From a virus (lineage: Duplodnaviria; Heunggongvirae; Uroviricota; Caudoviricetes), in the IMG/VR virus record IMGVR_UViG_3300039159_000198: a DNA stretch of 64,000 nt; one strand, written 5' to 3'. Shown here piece by piece: positions 46,716 to 56,174 of the stretch. Each line of letters opens with the position of its first letter. Position 1 is the first letter of the stretch. Position numbers and translations under genes: made by a program. The notes beneath the pieces were generated by a model, which had not been told where the DNA came from, searched no databases, and saw nothing but the letters and a program-made list of their open reading frames with translations.

Positions 46716-46743
46716 AAAAGAGGGACATTACGTCCCTCTTTTT
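46716..46743. terminator. bidirectional intrinsic terminator
   Basis: AAAAGAGGGAC/GTCCCTCTTTT between convergent genes. Confidence 0.8.
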
Positions 46744-47230
46744 ATATTTGTTTGCCATACCAAATTCCAAAACCACAATTATCCATAATATAATCATAAC
46801 ACCAATCCTTAATATCGTCTATCATTTCTTCCCATTCGCCCCATTCTCCCATTCCAATATCTTCATACATTTCATCTAAGGTTTTATATGTTTCATCATT
46901 TGGGTCAAATATTTTAGATTCGCCAAAACTCCAATCAACGATAATACAATTTTGGACTTCGTTTAAATCGATTGATGAATTATGTATTTGTAAATAAACG
47001 TAATCATCGTCTGAATCACCTAAAGGTATTTTAATTCCTCTATCCCCTTCAGATATTTTGTCTAATGCTCTTATAGTAAATTCGTTTGTTTTTTGATATC
47101 CAACTTCATCGACCATATCAGATAACATGTCATATAAGTTATAATCGACGTAGGAGGCGTAATTTTTAGTATCGGGGTTTGGGTAACCCATTTTATTTAT
47201 TACCTTTAAAAATGTATTTAAGTTGCTCAT
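46742..47230 (-). CDS. hypothetical acidic protein
   Basis: 162-aa ORF. Confidence 0.75.
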   Translation of the reverse strand: MSNLNTFLKVINKMGYPNPDTKNYASYVDYNLYDMLSDMVDEVGYQKTNEFTIRALDKISEGDRGIKIPLGDSDDDYVYLQIHNSSIDLNEVQNCIIVDWSFGESKIFDPNDETYKTLDEMYEDIGMGEWGEWEEMIDDIKDWCYDYIMDNCGFGIWYGKQI

Positions 47231-47237
47231 GTGTTAG

Positions 47238-48086
47238 TTATTCGTATGATGATAAATGTCTGTAAGGACCTTCGGCTTTAATATGGGAAAAATCGTGTGA
47301 AAAAGTTAATTTTGGGTAATTACTATAACCAAAACAATATACCTCGTCCGGTCTAAACCCTTTTTTGAAATCTAAATGATTATCACTGATATAGGTCATA
47401 TGAATATAATTATCTTGATATTCTATGTAATTGTTGTAATTCAATATCGGGACCAAAGTTTGTTGGGTATCTACTGATTTGTCAATTAACTTTTTATTCC
47501 AAGTTAATATTGACATTATATCGTAATACCAATCATCTGTTTCAATTTCTCCTATATCATCACAATTAGAACAAGTTTCAAGACCTTCACCGTCACATAC
47601 ATCACAACTTACGTACCCACTTGAATCACAATTGGGACAATCTAATTTTCCACTTCCATTACAAGTGTTGCATTCTTCATCATCACTATTAACTCCGGAA
47701 CCATTACAAGCATAACATTCAATTTCTCCCTGTCCATCACATTCGGGACATTCAGTTTCTCCATTACTGTTACAACTATCACAATCTATTTTACCATCAC
47801 CGGCACATGCTTCACACGTCTCCCGATGATTTGTTCCATCACTATAAAGTAAAAATAGGAACATTGAATCGTCTATCATTTTTTCACCTAGTTCAAAACT
47901 ATTTGTTGTCTTGTATGAGTATAATAATAGAGATAAATTAATTACGTTTTTAGGACCAATATATCCAAAATAATCGGGTTGTTGTTGGCATAACGACATC
48001 AATTTATTATAAACATGCTGAGGGGTGTCAAATGATAAGATAAGGTCCTCTAATTTAAGTGCCGTTTTTTTTAATTTTTCATTCAT
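47238..48086 (-). CDS. protein with an extended CxxCxGxG (DnaJ-type) zinc-finger array, no J-domain
   Basis: eight CxxCxxxG-type repeats. Confidence 0.8.
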   Translation of the reverse strand: MNEKLKKTALKLEDLILSFDTPQHVYNKLMSLCQQQPDYFGYIGPKNVINLSLLLYSYKTTNSFELGEKMIDDSMFLFLLYSDGTNHRETCEACAGDGKIDCDSCNSNGETECPECDGQGEIECYACNGSGVNSDDEECNTCNGSGKLDCPNCDSSGYVSCDVCDGEGLETCSNCDDIGEIETDDWYYDIMSILTWNKKLIDKSVDTQQTLVPILNYNNYIEYQDNYIHMTYISDNHLDFKKGFRPDEVYCFGYSNYPKLTFSHDFSHIKAEGPYRHLSSYE

Positions 48087-48412
48087 ATTTTTTTGGTCTT
48101 AATTATAAATAGATTTGTTTTGTAAAATATATTCATTATATTTGGTTAATAAAGTAATATGATATGTCTATAAAAATTAAAATAAGTGAAAAAGAAGTTT
48201 TAGGGATTCCTAATGATGTCGAATTGGGTGGATATGTTAGGAAAAATACCTATCATTCAAGAATCGTCAACAGGATGATGAACCGGAACATTGTGTTGTG
48301 TGTGGAAAAGTTAGTGGGTATTTAAAGTCCGCACATATTGATTTAAGGGTGGGTTTTGTTGAAGGGGTTGGACAATTATGTCATGAATGTGATAAATAAA
48401 ACGAATAATTAT

Positions 48413-48443
48413 TTTGTGAATTAAAATAATTTGAATATCTTTG
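48413..48443 (+). promoter_or_regulatory. Bacteroidota-type promoter (-33/-7)
   Basis: TTTG, 19-nt spacer, TATCTTTG. Confidence 0.7.
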
Positions 48444-48465
48444 TACTCAACAAAAACCAAAACAC

Positions 48466-49200
48466 ATGTCTACACTTACCATCACTAAAGTACAAAATTA
48501 TCAAGGAAATAATACATTTGTTAATAAAATGAAAGATGTTGTGAGCCGTTATGGTTCATTGACTATTAAACAAGTTGAGGCTGTTGAAAAATGTCTTAAA
48601 GCGACAGCAGTGGTTAAGGTAACTGAATTACCTGAAAATGTTAAAAGAATTGTTGAGTATAGTGGTGAAAACTCTTTTGTTAAAAAAATTGCTTCTAAGT
48701 TTAAGACTTACGATACTTTAACTGAAAAACAAATCAGTGTCGCAATTAAACAAATCCAAAAAGAAGAGGATAAAGAAAAAACAATTCGTATGAATTGGCC
48801 AACAGAGGGAGAAAGTATTAAAATTACTCGTAAAGTTGGTGAGGAATTGAAAAAAACTTATGGACTTGAGTTTAATCCTATCTTACTTGACATTACAAAG
48901 TTGAAGGCTCTTAGTCCAAAAGCTGTTCAGTTTACTGGTAAATTAACCATTAAACGAGGTAAAGTATGTACTTGTTGTGGTAGAACTTTAACTGATGAGT
49001 TTTCAATGTTAACCGGAATTGGTAGGTTATGTGCTAAACACATTAAAGTTGAATATATTACTGATAAAAGTCAGGTGGAAAGATTCCGTAATGATTACCT
49101 TAAAAAGGTTGAGGAGATAGGAGAAATGACTTTTTGGATACCAAAATCACAAATTGTGAAATGGAATGGGGATACAGAAACGATATTAAGAATTATGTAA
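48466..49200 (+). CDS. protein with an internal duplication and a DUF6011-like zinc finger
   Basis: two YxGxNxFV...LTxKQ repeats; CTCCGRTLTD.FS..TGIG..C. Confidence 0.7.
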   Translation: MSTLTITKVQNYQGNNTFVNKMKDVVSRYGSLTIKQVEAVEKCLKATAVVKVTELPENVKRIVEYSGENSFVKKIASKFKTYDTLTEKQISVAIKQIQKEEDKEKTIRMNWPTEGESIKITRKVGEELKKTYGLEFNPILLDITKLKALSPKAVQFTGKLTIKRGKVCTCCGRTLTDEFSMLTGIGRLCAKHIKVEYITDKSQVERFRNDYLKKVEEIGEMTFWIPKSQIVKWNGDTETILRIM

Positions 49201-49211
49201 AATAAAGAATT

Positions 49212-49538
49212 ATGAGTGGAGGACATTTTGATTATAACCAATATAAAATTGGTTATATGGTCGACCAAATAGAACAGGTGATTGAGAACTCAGGTAAAGA
49301 AAAAACACCTGAGCAGATTAAAGACGAATGGAGAAATAATGAGTGGTATGAAAAATACCCTGAGGATAAATTCCATTATACATATCCGGATGAGGTTATT
49401 GAGAAGATGAAAGAAGGGGTTAAGGCTCTTAAAATTGCTCAAATATACGCTCAAAGGATTGATTGGTTGTTGTCCGGTGATGATGGAGAAGAATCGTTCT
49501 TAAACAGATTAGAAGAGGAGTTAGATGGAGAACAATAA
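49212..49538 (+). CDS. hypothetical protein
   Basis: 108 aa, MSGGHFDY...IDWLLSGDDGEESF. Confidence 0.75.
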   Translation: MSGGHFDYNQYKIGYMVDQIEQVIENSGKEKTPEQIKDEWRNNEWYEKYPEDKFHYTYPDEVIEKMKEGVKALKIAQIYAQRIDWLLSGDDGEESFLNRLEEELDGEQ

Positions 49539-49744
49539 ACCATACATTCAAGAGTCTATGATTGAGGACTTGAGAATTAAATTAAATGAGATTTCATTTG
49601 ACTATCTCCCTGGTTTTATCAATTAATTTGGGGAAGAAATAAGTGATGACGATTGGAGTGTTAGTCAGTTTTTAAGATGGTTACAACTAAATAATTATAA
49701 AATAGTTAAAGAGGATATAACCGATAGAGATTTAATGAGTTAAT

Positions 49745-50101
49745 ATGAGGGCAAAATTAATATTTGATTTAGAAATACCGGAAGATGTGGAGGAGTACAC
49801 AGTCGGGAAATGTGTAATAAACTATTTAATTAACAAAATCTCAAAGTAGTATGGTATCAATATCACAAAATAAGTACGATATACAAGCATGGATTATAAA
49901 AGTAATTGATTCATGTCAAACACGGAAACACTGTCGTACTGCAGATAAACTTATAGATGCCTTCCTTATCATGTATGGAGATTGGCGACTAACAGGACAA
50001 CTACGTGCACTTGTGTATATCCAAAAAGATGAAATAATAAATAAATCATGAAAGCAAAATTAATATTTGATTTAGAAATACCGGAAGACGTAGAGGCGTA
50101 C
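49745..50101 (+). repeat. 54-bp direct repeat (49745-49798 and 50048-50101)
   Basis: ATGAGGGCAAAATTAATATTTGATTTAGAAATACCGGAAGATGTGGAGGAGTAC versus ATGAAAGC...GACGTAGAGGCGTAC, 49/54 identical. Confidence 0.85.
49851..50051 (+). CDS. hypothetical protein
   Basis: 66-aa ORF. Confidence 0.55.
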   Translation: MVSISQNKYDIQAWIIKVIDSCQTRKHCRTADKLIDAFLIMYGDWRLTGQLRALVYIQKDEIINKS

Positions 50102-50296
50102 AATAGAATGAATCAGTCCCAAGATTTAGCGCTTGCGTTATGGGATATATGTCAACTTAGAAAAAAGTTAGAACGTAGATTTGAAAATACTGATAATACA
50201 AATAATGATGTGTTTGATGGTATTCAAGAATTTGCGGATGAAATAGGTAATGTATTGGAAGAGTATAAAATTAATCTCGATAATTTAGTAAGATGA
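50048..50296 (+). CDS. hypothetical protein
   Basis: 82-aa ORF, ATGA overlaps. Confidence 0.7.
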   Translation: MKAKLIFDLEIPEDVEAYNRMNQSQDLALALWDICQLRKKLERRFENTDNTNNDVFDGIQEFADEIGNVLEEYKINLDNLVR

Positions 50297-50496
50297 GTAC
50301 AAAAATAATAATTGAATTGAACGAAAAACAGGAGGATAAATTTAAGGAATGGAAACGTGCTCTTAAAGTTATATTTGGTGAAGTGGGAACTTTGACTTGG
50401 ACTATAGTGTATAATGGGATTGGACCTACCATCTACGTCCATAGTAGTTTGCTTATTAACACAGAATTAGAATTAACGGATGTTAACAGTTGGTAA
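50293..50496 (+). CDS. hypothetical protein
   Basis: 67-aa ORF, ATGA overlap. Confidence 0.65.
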   Translation: MSTKIIIELNEKQEDKFKEWKRALKVIFGEVGTLTWTIVYNGIGPTIYVHSSLLINTELELTDVNSW

Positions 50497-50497
50497 T

Positions 50498-50782
50498 ATG
50501 GAGAAGAATTACGACCCTAATATGGTTGAAACCTTAAAACAAGTATATGAATGTTATGAAGTGGAACATTCTATGTCAATCAATAGATGGCTTCACCCAA
50601 TGTTTGGAAATGGAACATATAGTAAGGATAATTCCTGTCAACCACCTAACCCGGGAGAACTTCTAACAAAAGAAGAATTTTATAATGAGATAAACACAAA
50701 TGGTGAATTTTATAAAGAGTGGGGTAATGCCATCACCGTACTTTATTTTTATATCTCAAATCAAATAAAACGAACAGAATAG
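50498..50782 (+). CDS. hypothetical protein
   Basis: ATG 50498, in frame with track ORF 50480. Confidence 0.6.
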   Translation: MEKNYDPNMVETLKQVYECYEVEHSMSINRWLHPMFGNGTYSKDNSCQPPNPGELLTKEEFYNEINTNGEFYKEWGNAITVLYFYISNQIKRTE

Positions 50783-50800
50783 ATAAAACAATAAAAGAAT

Positions 50801-51445
50801 ATGAATAACAGTGTAGAATTAATCGGTTATTATGGTAATGACCAAATACATGCTCAATCGGCTTGGACATCAACATCAAGAGATTTGACTGAAGATAAAA
50901 TAGGGAGAATACCCAAACTTTTAACAATGTTGGCAACAGAAGGACATCACACCCCATTTGAGAAAAGTACGTTACATTTCTTAGTTACGGTGGACCAAGC
51001 GACTCATATTCATTTGTTAAAACATAGAATTGGGGTTAGTATTAATGGAGAATCGGCTAGATATAAAGAATTGAAAGAGGATAAAACATATCTTCCGGAC
51101 GATTGGTCAAATATAGAAATTAGTGATGACACTATAACATGGTATGAAAGGTTAATAAATTTTACTAATGAAGGTAATTATTTATATCATCAATGTCTTG
51201 AAGAGTTGACACCGGCGTTAGGGAGAAAAAGGGCTAAAGAATCGGCAAGGTTTTTTAAAACTATGAATAGTCAAATAACAATGGACGTATCATTTAATTT
51301 TAGGAGTTTTGCTCATTTTCAAGGTTTAAGAAACAGTGAACATAGTCAATTAGAGGTTAGAGAACTAGCACAACAAATGTTAAAGCTTGTAAAAAATATT
51401 GAAGGGAATCCCTTTAAAGAGACAATAAAGGCCTTCAATTTTTAG
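50801..51445 (+). CDS. thyX: FAD-dependent thymidylate synthase
   Basis: HHTPFEKS, KHRIGVSINGESARY (ThyX motif), NFRSFAHF..LR...SQLEVR. Confidence 0.9.
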   Translation: MNNSVELIGYYGNDQIHAQSAWTSTSRDLTEDKIGRIPKLLTMLATEGHHTPFEKSTLHFLVTVDQATHIHLLKHRIGVSINGESARYKELKEDKTYLPDDWSNIEISDDTITWYERLINFTNEGNYLYHQCLEELTPALGRKRAKESARFFKTMNSQITMDVSFNFRSFAHFQGLRNSEHSQLEVRELAQQMLKLVKNIEGNPFKETIKAFNF

Positions 51446-51581
51446 TAACTAAATTATGAACCATAAAGATTACGAAGAACTTAAAAAAAGTTTTAAGACA
51501 GGAAACAGAGCCTTATTAGTTATGGTGATTCTTGCAATTGTTATTGTGGTCTATTTCGCTTATTCATTTAAAAAATAAAAT

Positions 51582-51848
51582 ATGAAAAGTCCATTAACCG
51601 GAAGAGAAATGAAACTAACGTCGGAACCATCCACATTGGATTATAAAGGTAAGACATATAATGTGATTCATCATCATTACCTATGTGAATTAACAAATGA
51701 ACAATTTACGACAACGGAATTGGATGAAATGAATTTATTAGAACTAAACAAACAAATTAAACTTGAATTTTTAAGACAATTTGGGGAAAAAGGTAAAATA
51801 GACATATCAACCTTATATGAGGGTAAAACTAAACAAACGATAAAATGA
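51582..51848 (+). CDS. hypothetical protein resembling a YgiT/MqsA-type N-terminal domain
   Basis: MKSPLTGREM...YLCELTNEQFTT. Confidence 0.55.
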   Translation: MKSPLTGREMKLTSEPSTLDYKGKTYNVIHHHYLCELTNEQFTTTELDEMNLLELNKQIKLEFLRQFGEKGKIDISTLYEGKTKQTIK

Positions 51849-52036
51849 TAAAACCAGCGACAGAAATTGAAATGATGAGAGTATTACATACATTTTATGT
51901 TAATAAGTTAATCTCATTTGAGATGGTTGAACAATACTTAATTGTCAGTACTCAATTAGAACTTACTTATTTAAATGAAAGTAGATTTGAATGTGAGTCT
52001 TCAGATGGATTAATTAAATATAAATTAGGGGTATAA
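51845..52036 (+). CDS. hypothetical protein
   Basis: 63-aa ORF, ATGA overlap. Confidence 0.6.
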   Translation: MIKPATEIEMMRVLHTFYVNKLISFEMVEQYLIVSTQLELTYLNESRFECESSDGLIKYKLGV

Positions 52037-52092
52037 AATTTGACTTACCCTTTTTATTGAACTATAATTAAATAAAAACGAAAACAAAACAT

Positions 52093-52531
52093 ATGAATAT
52101 TAAACAAGCGTTAAAGAAAAAAAAACCTATTGGTTAAAGAGATTCAAGATTTACATAATAGAATCGTAACTTATAACTCAATTGAGGTTGGGAATGTAAG
52201 ACCATATTCTACTAAAGAATCGATGGAACAGGTGAATAGTTTAAGTAATGAGTTAGTGGGACTTAAAACTAAAATCCACACGGCTAACGCACCGATTTAT
52301 AAACACATTTTTAGATTATCTGAATTGAAATCTATGATAGCAAGAATTAAAACCTTGGATTGTAATGAGGGAACTGTTCAGGATTACTATTCAAGAAATC
52401 GTGAGACACCGTTGGTAAAGACTAGCGAAATTTCAATTGTTGAGAGAGACGAGATGGTTACACATATGGAAGGTCAAATTGAAGAAATTCAAGATATATT
52501 GGATGACCACTACCAAAATACTCAAATATAA
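52093..52531 (+). CDS. helical coiled-coil protein (DIP1984-like pattern); apparent +1 slip in an A-run
   Basis: MNIKQALKKK then NLLVKEIQDLHNRIVTYNSIEVGNVRPY after removing one A from A9 at 52117-52125. Confidence 0.65.
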
Positions 52532-52532
52532 T

Positions 52533-52721
52533 ATGAGTGGGGATGTTGAATTTGACAAATGTGATTTTTGTCATATTGAAAAACCTGTAGAAAGAACGTA
52601 TTTACGACCAAGTAAATATGTTAAACCCGAAAACCCTGAAGAATACCTAAAGTTGTATAACGAAGGTGGATACTTTATTATAGTGAAAACCTGTAATGAA
52701 TGTGGGGTTCCTAAAATATAG
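52533..52721 (+). CDS. small zinc-binding protein
   Basis: CDFC...CNEC; ATG at 52533. Confidence 0.6.
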   Translation: MSGDVEFDKCDFCHIEKPVERTYLRPSKYVKPENPEEYLKLYNEGGYFIIVKTCNECGVPKI

Positions 52722-52908
52722 TTCAGTGTCCGGAAGGGATTTAATGTAATGTGTATTGGTAATCAATATTTAACTACAAACTATTAAGAAACATCGACGT
52801 TTTGATGATGATGAAGTATTCAAGCCTCAAGATTCAGCAGTTCAACCTTAAACTCGTCAAAACTTAAACCTCTTTTTAATTTACTTATTGAACTTCCAAC
52901 CTGACTAT
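52718..52908 (+). ncRNA. candidate ncRNA: paired ends enclosing YTCAA-type repeats
   Basis: ATAGTTCAG/CTGACTAT and GGAAG/CTTCC end pairing; seven units with 7-8-nt period at 52819-52869; followed by a terminator. Confidence 0.5.
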
Positions 52909-52911
52909 AAA

Positions 52912-52939
52912 AAAATCCCTTAAGAAATTAAGGGATTTT
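52912..52939. terminator. intrinsic terminator
   Basis: AAAATCCCTTAA/TTAAGGGATTTT. Confidence 0.8.
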
Positions 52940-52954
52940 GTATATTTATAAAAT

Positions 52955-53356
52955 ATGAAAGTTTGTATTAAAGGTGTTAAAAATTTCCCGGTTGAGGGTG
53001 GAGAAGAATTGGTCAAGTCATTTTCCGAGTTCTTACAATCTCAAGTTCCCTTATCGTCAGATATGACTATTGAATTTGTAAATGAGAGGGAAGGTGATAT
53101 GACTACAGGGGTTAGATATCCGGGTAATAAAATCCAAGTATTATCTGCAGGTAGAATGCCTATTGATATTTTACGAACTCTATCTCATGAGTGGATACAC
53201 GAGTTTCAAACACAAAAACTTGGAGTTGATGATACTAAACCAATTCAAGATATTGGTGGTCCCGAAGAGAATATGTGTAATATTTTATCAGGGGTCTTCA
53301 TCAAACGATTTGAAAAAGACCATCCTGAGTTTGGTAATTTACTTTACGGGGAATAA
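52955..53356 (+). CDS. HExxH zincin-like metallopeptidase domain protein
   Basis: RTLSHEWIHE...E; TATTTATA at 52943. Confidence 0.7.
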   Translation: MKVCIKGVKNFPVEGGEELVKSFSEFLQSQVPLSSDMTIEFVNEREGDMTTGVRYPGNKIQVLSAGRMPIDILRTLSHEWIHEFQTQKLGVDDTKPIQDIGGPEENMCNILSGVFIKRFEKDHPEFGNLLYGE

Positions 53357-53357
53357 T

Positions 53358-53900
53358 TTATTCGACTTCCGGTTGATATCGTCTTGATAATGTTTTAATC
53401 CATGTTGGTGTAATATCATCATCGTTTAGTGTTGAAATTTGTTTTACAACGTTAGGGTCGTTTAATGACTTAAGAAAATCATTACTACGATATTGGTCAT
53501 AAGTAAAATTAATTTTTCTTTTGTTAGTTAATCGTTTGATTGATAACTCTGGTAATTTTTTAAACAGCCAATATGGCATTTTAATATAATCAAACCCTTC
53601 TTTACCTTCTACAGGTCCAAGTATCTCAATCTGTGACTTTGGTAGTTTTGTTCTATAAATTTGTATTGTGTATGGGTCGGCACCATCCATATACATTCCT
53701 TTATCACTCTTAAATTCTTTGATGTTTAATACCTCAATCATTTTATCGGTATTACCTGTAATCATATAAGCAACAATTACTGACTTATCATCCGGGTTAT
53801 AAACACTTTTGTAAAAGTCAGGTGTTAAATTTCCTAATGGTTCTATATTTTCTATAATTCTTTGAAGTTGTAATTCACTTACAATATAATTTTTATCCAT
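53358..53900 (-). CDS. hypothetical protein (putative late)
   Basis: MDKNYIVSELQLQRIIEN; TATTTATT upstream on the minus strand. Confidence 0.75.
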   Translation of the reverse strand: MDKNYIVSELQLQRIIENIEPLGNLTPDFYKSVYNPDDKSVIVAYMITGNTDKMIEVLNIKEFKSDKGMYMDGADPYTIQIYRTKLPKSQIEILGPVEGKEGFDYIKMPYWLFKKLPELSIKRLTNKRKINFTYDQYRSNDFLKSLNDPNVVKQISTLNDDDITPTWIKTLSRRYQPEVE

Positions 53901-53973
53901 AATAATAAATATCGGTTATGACGGTATTGATAGTTTAATTTTTTATTTGTACATTCGTATTAAAATAAAATAT

Positions 53974-54831
53974 ATGTCAAGAATAGATAAATTAAAGGAA
54001 CAACACCCGGAACTTAATGTTTCCGTGATTGAAATACTTGCTAGAATAGACCCATCACACACTTTTAAGTACATGGATTTCTTAATTAAGAAGTTCAAGG
54101 AATTTTATAGTGAATATGACGATTGGACAGTTGGGTTAGGTATTGAAATGATGGGTGTTGAAAATATGGAATCTCTTAATGAATTTGAGATTCATTCCAA
54201 AGCGAATAGAATTACCAATTCGGACATTAGTACTTATAAAGATTTTAATGAGATTTCTTCTGCTGTTAGTGATGCAGAAGAAAAGGTTAAACAAAAAGAA
54301 CTTGAAAGACAGGTCATTAAACTTTACAATAATGATGAGTGGTCTGTTATTATTCCGTTAAGTTATGAGGCTTCTAAAACATATGGTGCCAACACAAAAT
54401 GGTGTACCACTCAAGAAAAATATTGGAACGAATATATTACTTCTTATAAATTGATTTACATTCAAAATAAAAAAACGAATGAGAAATATGCGGTTTCAAG
54501 ACATTGGGAACAAAAAAATAAACTTCAAGCTTGGTTATCAAATGATGATGAAACAAGTCCCATGTTATTACCGTTGCCAATTGAGGTGATGGCAATTATA
54601 ATTCGTGAGGTTAATAATAATGAGACCATTTTGGGACTTCAAGACAAACATAATATTAAGGGTGGTATTGTTTCGGCTAGGGAATATCCTGTTCAACAAA
54701 TAGTTTCTAATTTGTCAAGTAATACTTTGAGAGGGTATGATTATGGTGACCGACTTATTAGGGGTATAAATAATAGTTCATATGATGTAGATTCATATAA
54801 TAATATTAGACGGATATTGGGCGGTTTATAA
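53974..54831 (+). CDS. YG..TxWCT-domain protein
   Basis: ASKTYGANTKWCTT; paralogous to 21005 and 28217. Confidence 0.8.
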   Translation: MSRIDKLKEQHPELNVSVIEILARIDPSHTFKYMDFLIKKFKEFYSEYDDWTVGLGIEMMGVENMESLNEFEIHSKANRITNSDISTYKDFNEISSAVSDAEEKVKQKELERQVIKLYNNDEWSVIIPLSYEASKTYGANTKWCTTQEKYWNEYITSYKLIYIQNKKTNEKYAVSRHWEQKNKLQAWLSNDDETSPMLLPLPIEVMAIIIREVNNNETILGLQDKHNIKGGIVSAREYPVQQIVSNLSSNTLRGYDYGDRLIRGINNSSYDVDSYNNIRRILGGL

Positions 54832-54842
54832 AATAAAAATAT

Positions 54843-55253
54843 ATGAAAAAGAATAAAAAAATAGGGATTACTGCCAGTACTTGTGACTTGTTACATGCTG
54901 GTCACATATTAATGTTGAAAGAGGCAAAATCGGTTTGTAATTATCTTATCGTTGCTTTACAAATTGACCCAACGGTTGATAGAGTATCAAAGAATATCCC
55001 GGTTCAATCTTATTATGAGAGATGGGTTCAATTATCTGAGGTTAAATATGTTGATGAGATTATACCGTACACTACCGAACATGAATTAAATACAATATTA
55101 CAAAACTATGATATCGATATTCGTATTTTAGGGGATGAATATAGAGATAAAGAATTTACGGGGAATTATTTGGATATGGAATATCATTTTAATAAAAGGA
55201 CCCATGGGTATAGTTCAACTGAATTAAGAAATAGAGTAAAAAGTTTTGTGTAA
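54843..55253 (+). CDS. glycerol-3-phosphate cytidylyltransferase-like (TagD-type) nucleotidyltransferase
   Basis: CDLLHAGH, YLIVALQ, YVDEIIPY, RTHGYSSTELR. Confidence 0.85.
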   Translation: MKKNKKIGITASTCDLLHAGHILMLKEAKSVCNYLIVALQIDPTVDRVSKNIPVQSYYERWVQLSEVKYVDEIIPYTTEHELNTILQNYDIDIRILGDEYRDKEFTGNYLDMEYHFNKRTHGYSSTELRNRVKSFV

Positions 55254-55275
55254 TTCAAACTTTTTTATATCTTTG
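55245..55275 (+). promoter_or_regulatory. Bacteroidota-type promoter (-33/-7)
   Basis: TTTG, 19-nt spacer, TATCTTTG. Confidence 0.7.
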
Positions 55276-55291
55276 TTAAAAATTAAAAGTT

Positions 55292-55798
55292 ATGATAGTA
55301 TTAGGTATTATTGTTGGGGTTATTCTTCTTATGTTGTTAATGAATGGTATTTCGGGAACTATTACAGAAAGAAATAGAAAGAAAAGATGTAAATCTTGGA
55401 AGGTTGGGGACAAATTAATATTGTCTCGTGGTAATGATTATTACCAAGAATTACAAAAAAACAATAAAAGTTATGCTAAATTAGAAGGTTGGACGTTAGA
55501 CCATTTATACATCAATTGTGGTGGTGGGTATGTCAGTAAGGTGAGTTGGTCGGTATTAAATGCTAATAAATCTGATGATTGGAGAAAAAATTACGATGAA
55601 GCTAAAAAAGTTATGGGTTGTAATCCTAACTTTAAGGGTGATGTTAATGACAGTAATCCTGTTGGTAGAATTTATGATGGAAAACCTATTGACACTATGA
55701 ACGAAATTGAGTGTGAGGTTTATTTAAAGAAAGCGTTAGATGACGAAGATTATGATACCGATGAGTTAATTAAAAACCGAATGGAAAAATTTAGATAA
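55292..55798 (+). CDS. membrane-anchored protein with a UVR-like C-terminus
   Basis: N-terminal TM; MNEIECEVYLKKALDDEDY. Confidence 0.7.
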   Translation: MIVLGIIVGVILLMLLMNGISGTITERNRKKRCKSWKVGDKLILSRGNDYYQELQKNNKSYAKLEGWTLDHLYINCGGGYVSKVSWSVLNANKSDDWRKNYDEAKKVMGCNPNFKGDVNDSNPVGRIYDGKPIDTMNEIECEVYLKKALDDEDYDTDELIKNRMEKFR

Positions 55799-55799
55799 G

Positions 55800-56174
55800 A
55801 TGGAAGAACAATTAATCACATTTGAAACTGCCAAGTTGGCTAAGGAGAAAGGATTTGATGTTGAAGATGAATATTATTATATTGAAGATTTAAAAATTCA
55901 AGGTATATTTCCGACACAAACTATTCTCCAAAAATGGTTAAGAGATAAACATCAAATATTTGTAGAGGTCAATACTGATTGTACTTCATCACCTAAATTT
56001 AGTTTTAACATTAGACAATTTATTGGTAACCCTAAAAACTTATCTGAAAGAGAGTGGGAATGGATTTCTCCGGTTCAAAATGAGAATTGGGGTTTGGATA
56101 GAACTTATGAACTTTCATTAGAATCGGGATTATTAGAATCATTAAAATTAATTAAAGATGAATTGGTTAAATAA
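55800..56174 (+). CDS. hypothetical protein
   Basis: MEEQLITFETAKLAKEKGFD; similar to the pseudogene at 57898. Confidence 0.7.
   Translation: MEEQLITFETAKLAKEKGFDVEDEYYYIEDLKIQGIFPTQTILQKWLRDKHQIFVEVNTDCTSSPKFSFNIRQFIGNPKNLSEREWEWISPVQNENWGLDRTYELSLESGLLESLKLIKDELVK

Noticed and set aside
19752-52125. Programmed frameshifting or phase variation at A/T runs (19752, 24820, 25396, 35181, ~36461, 52117)
   Set aside because: All lie in simple homopolymer or dinucleotide runs with no stimulatory structure noticed. Sequencing error or pseudogene decay is simpler; raw reads are needed.
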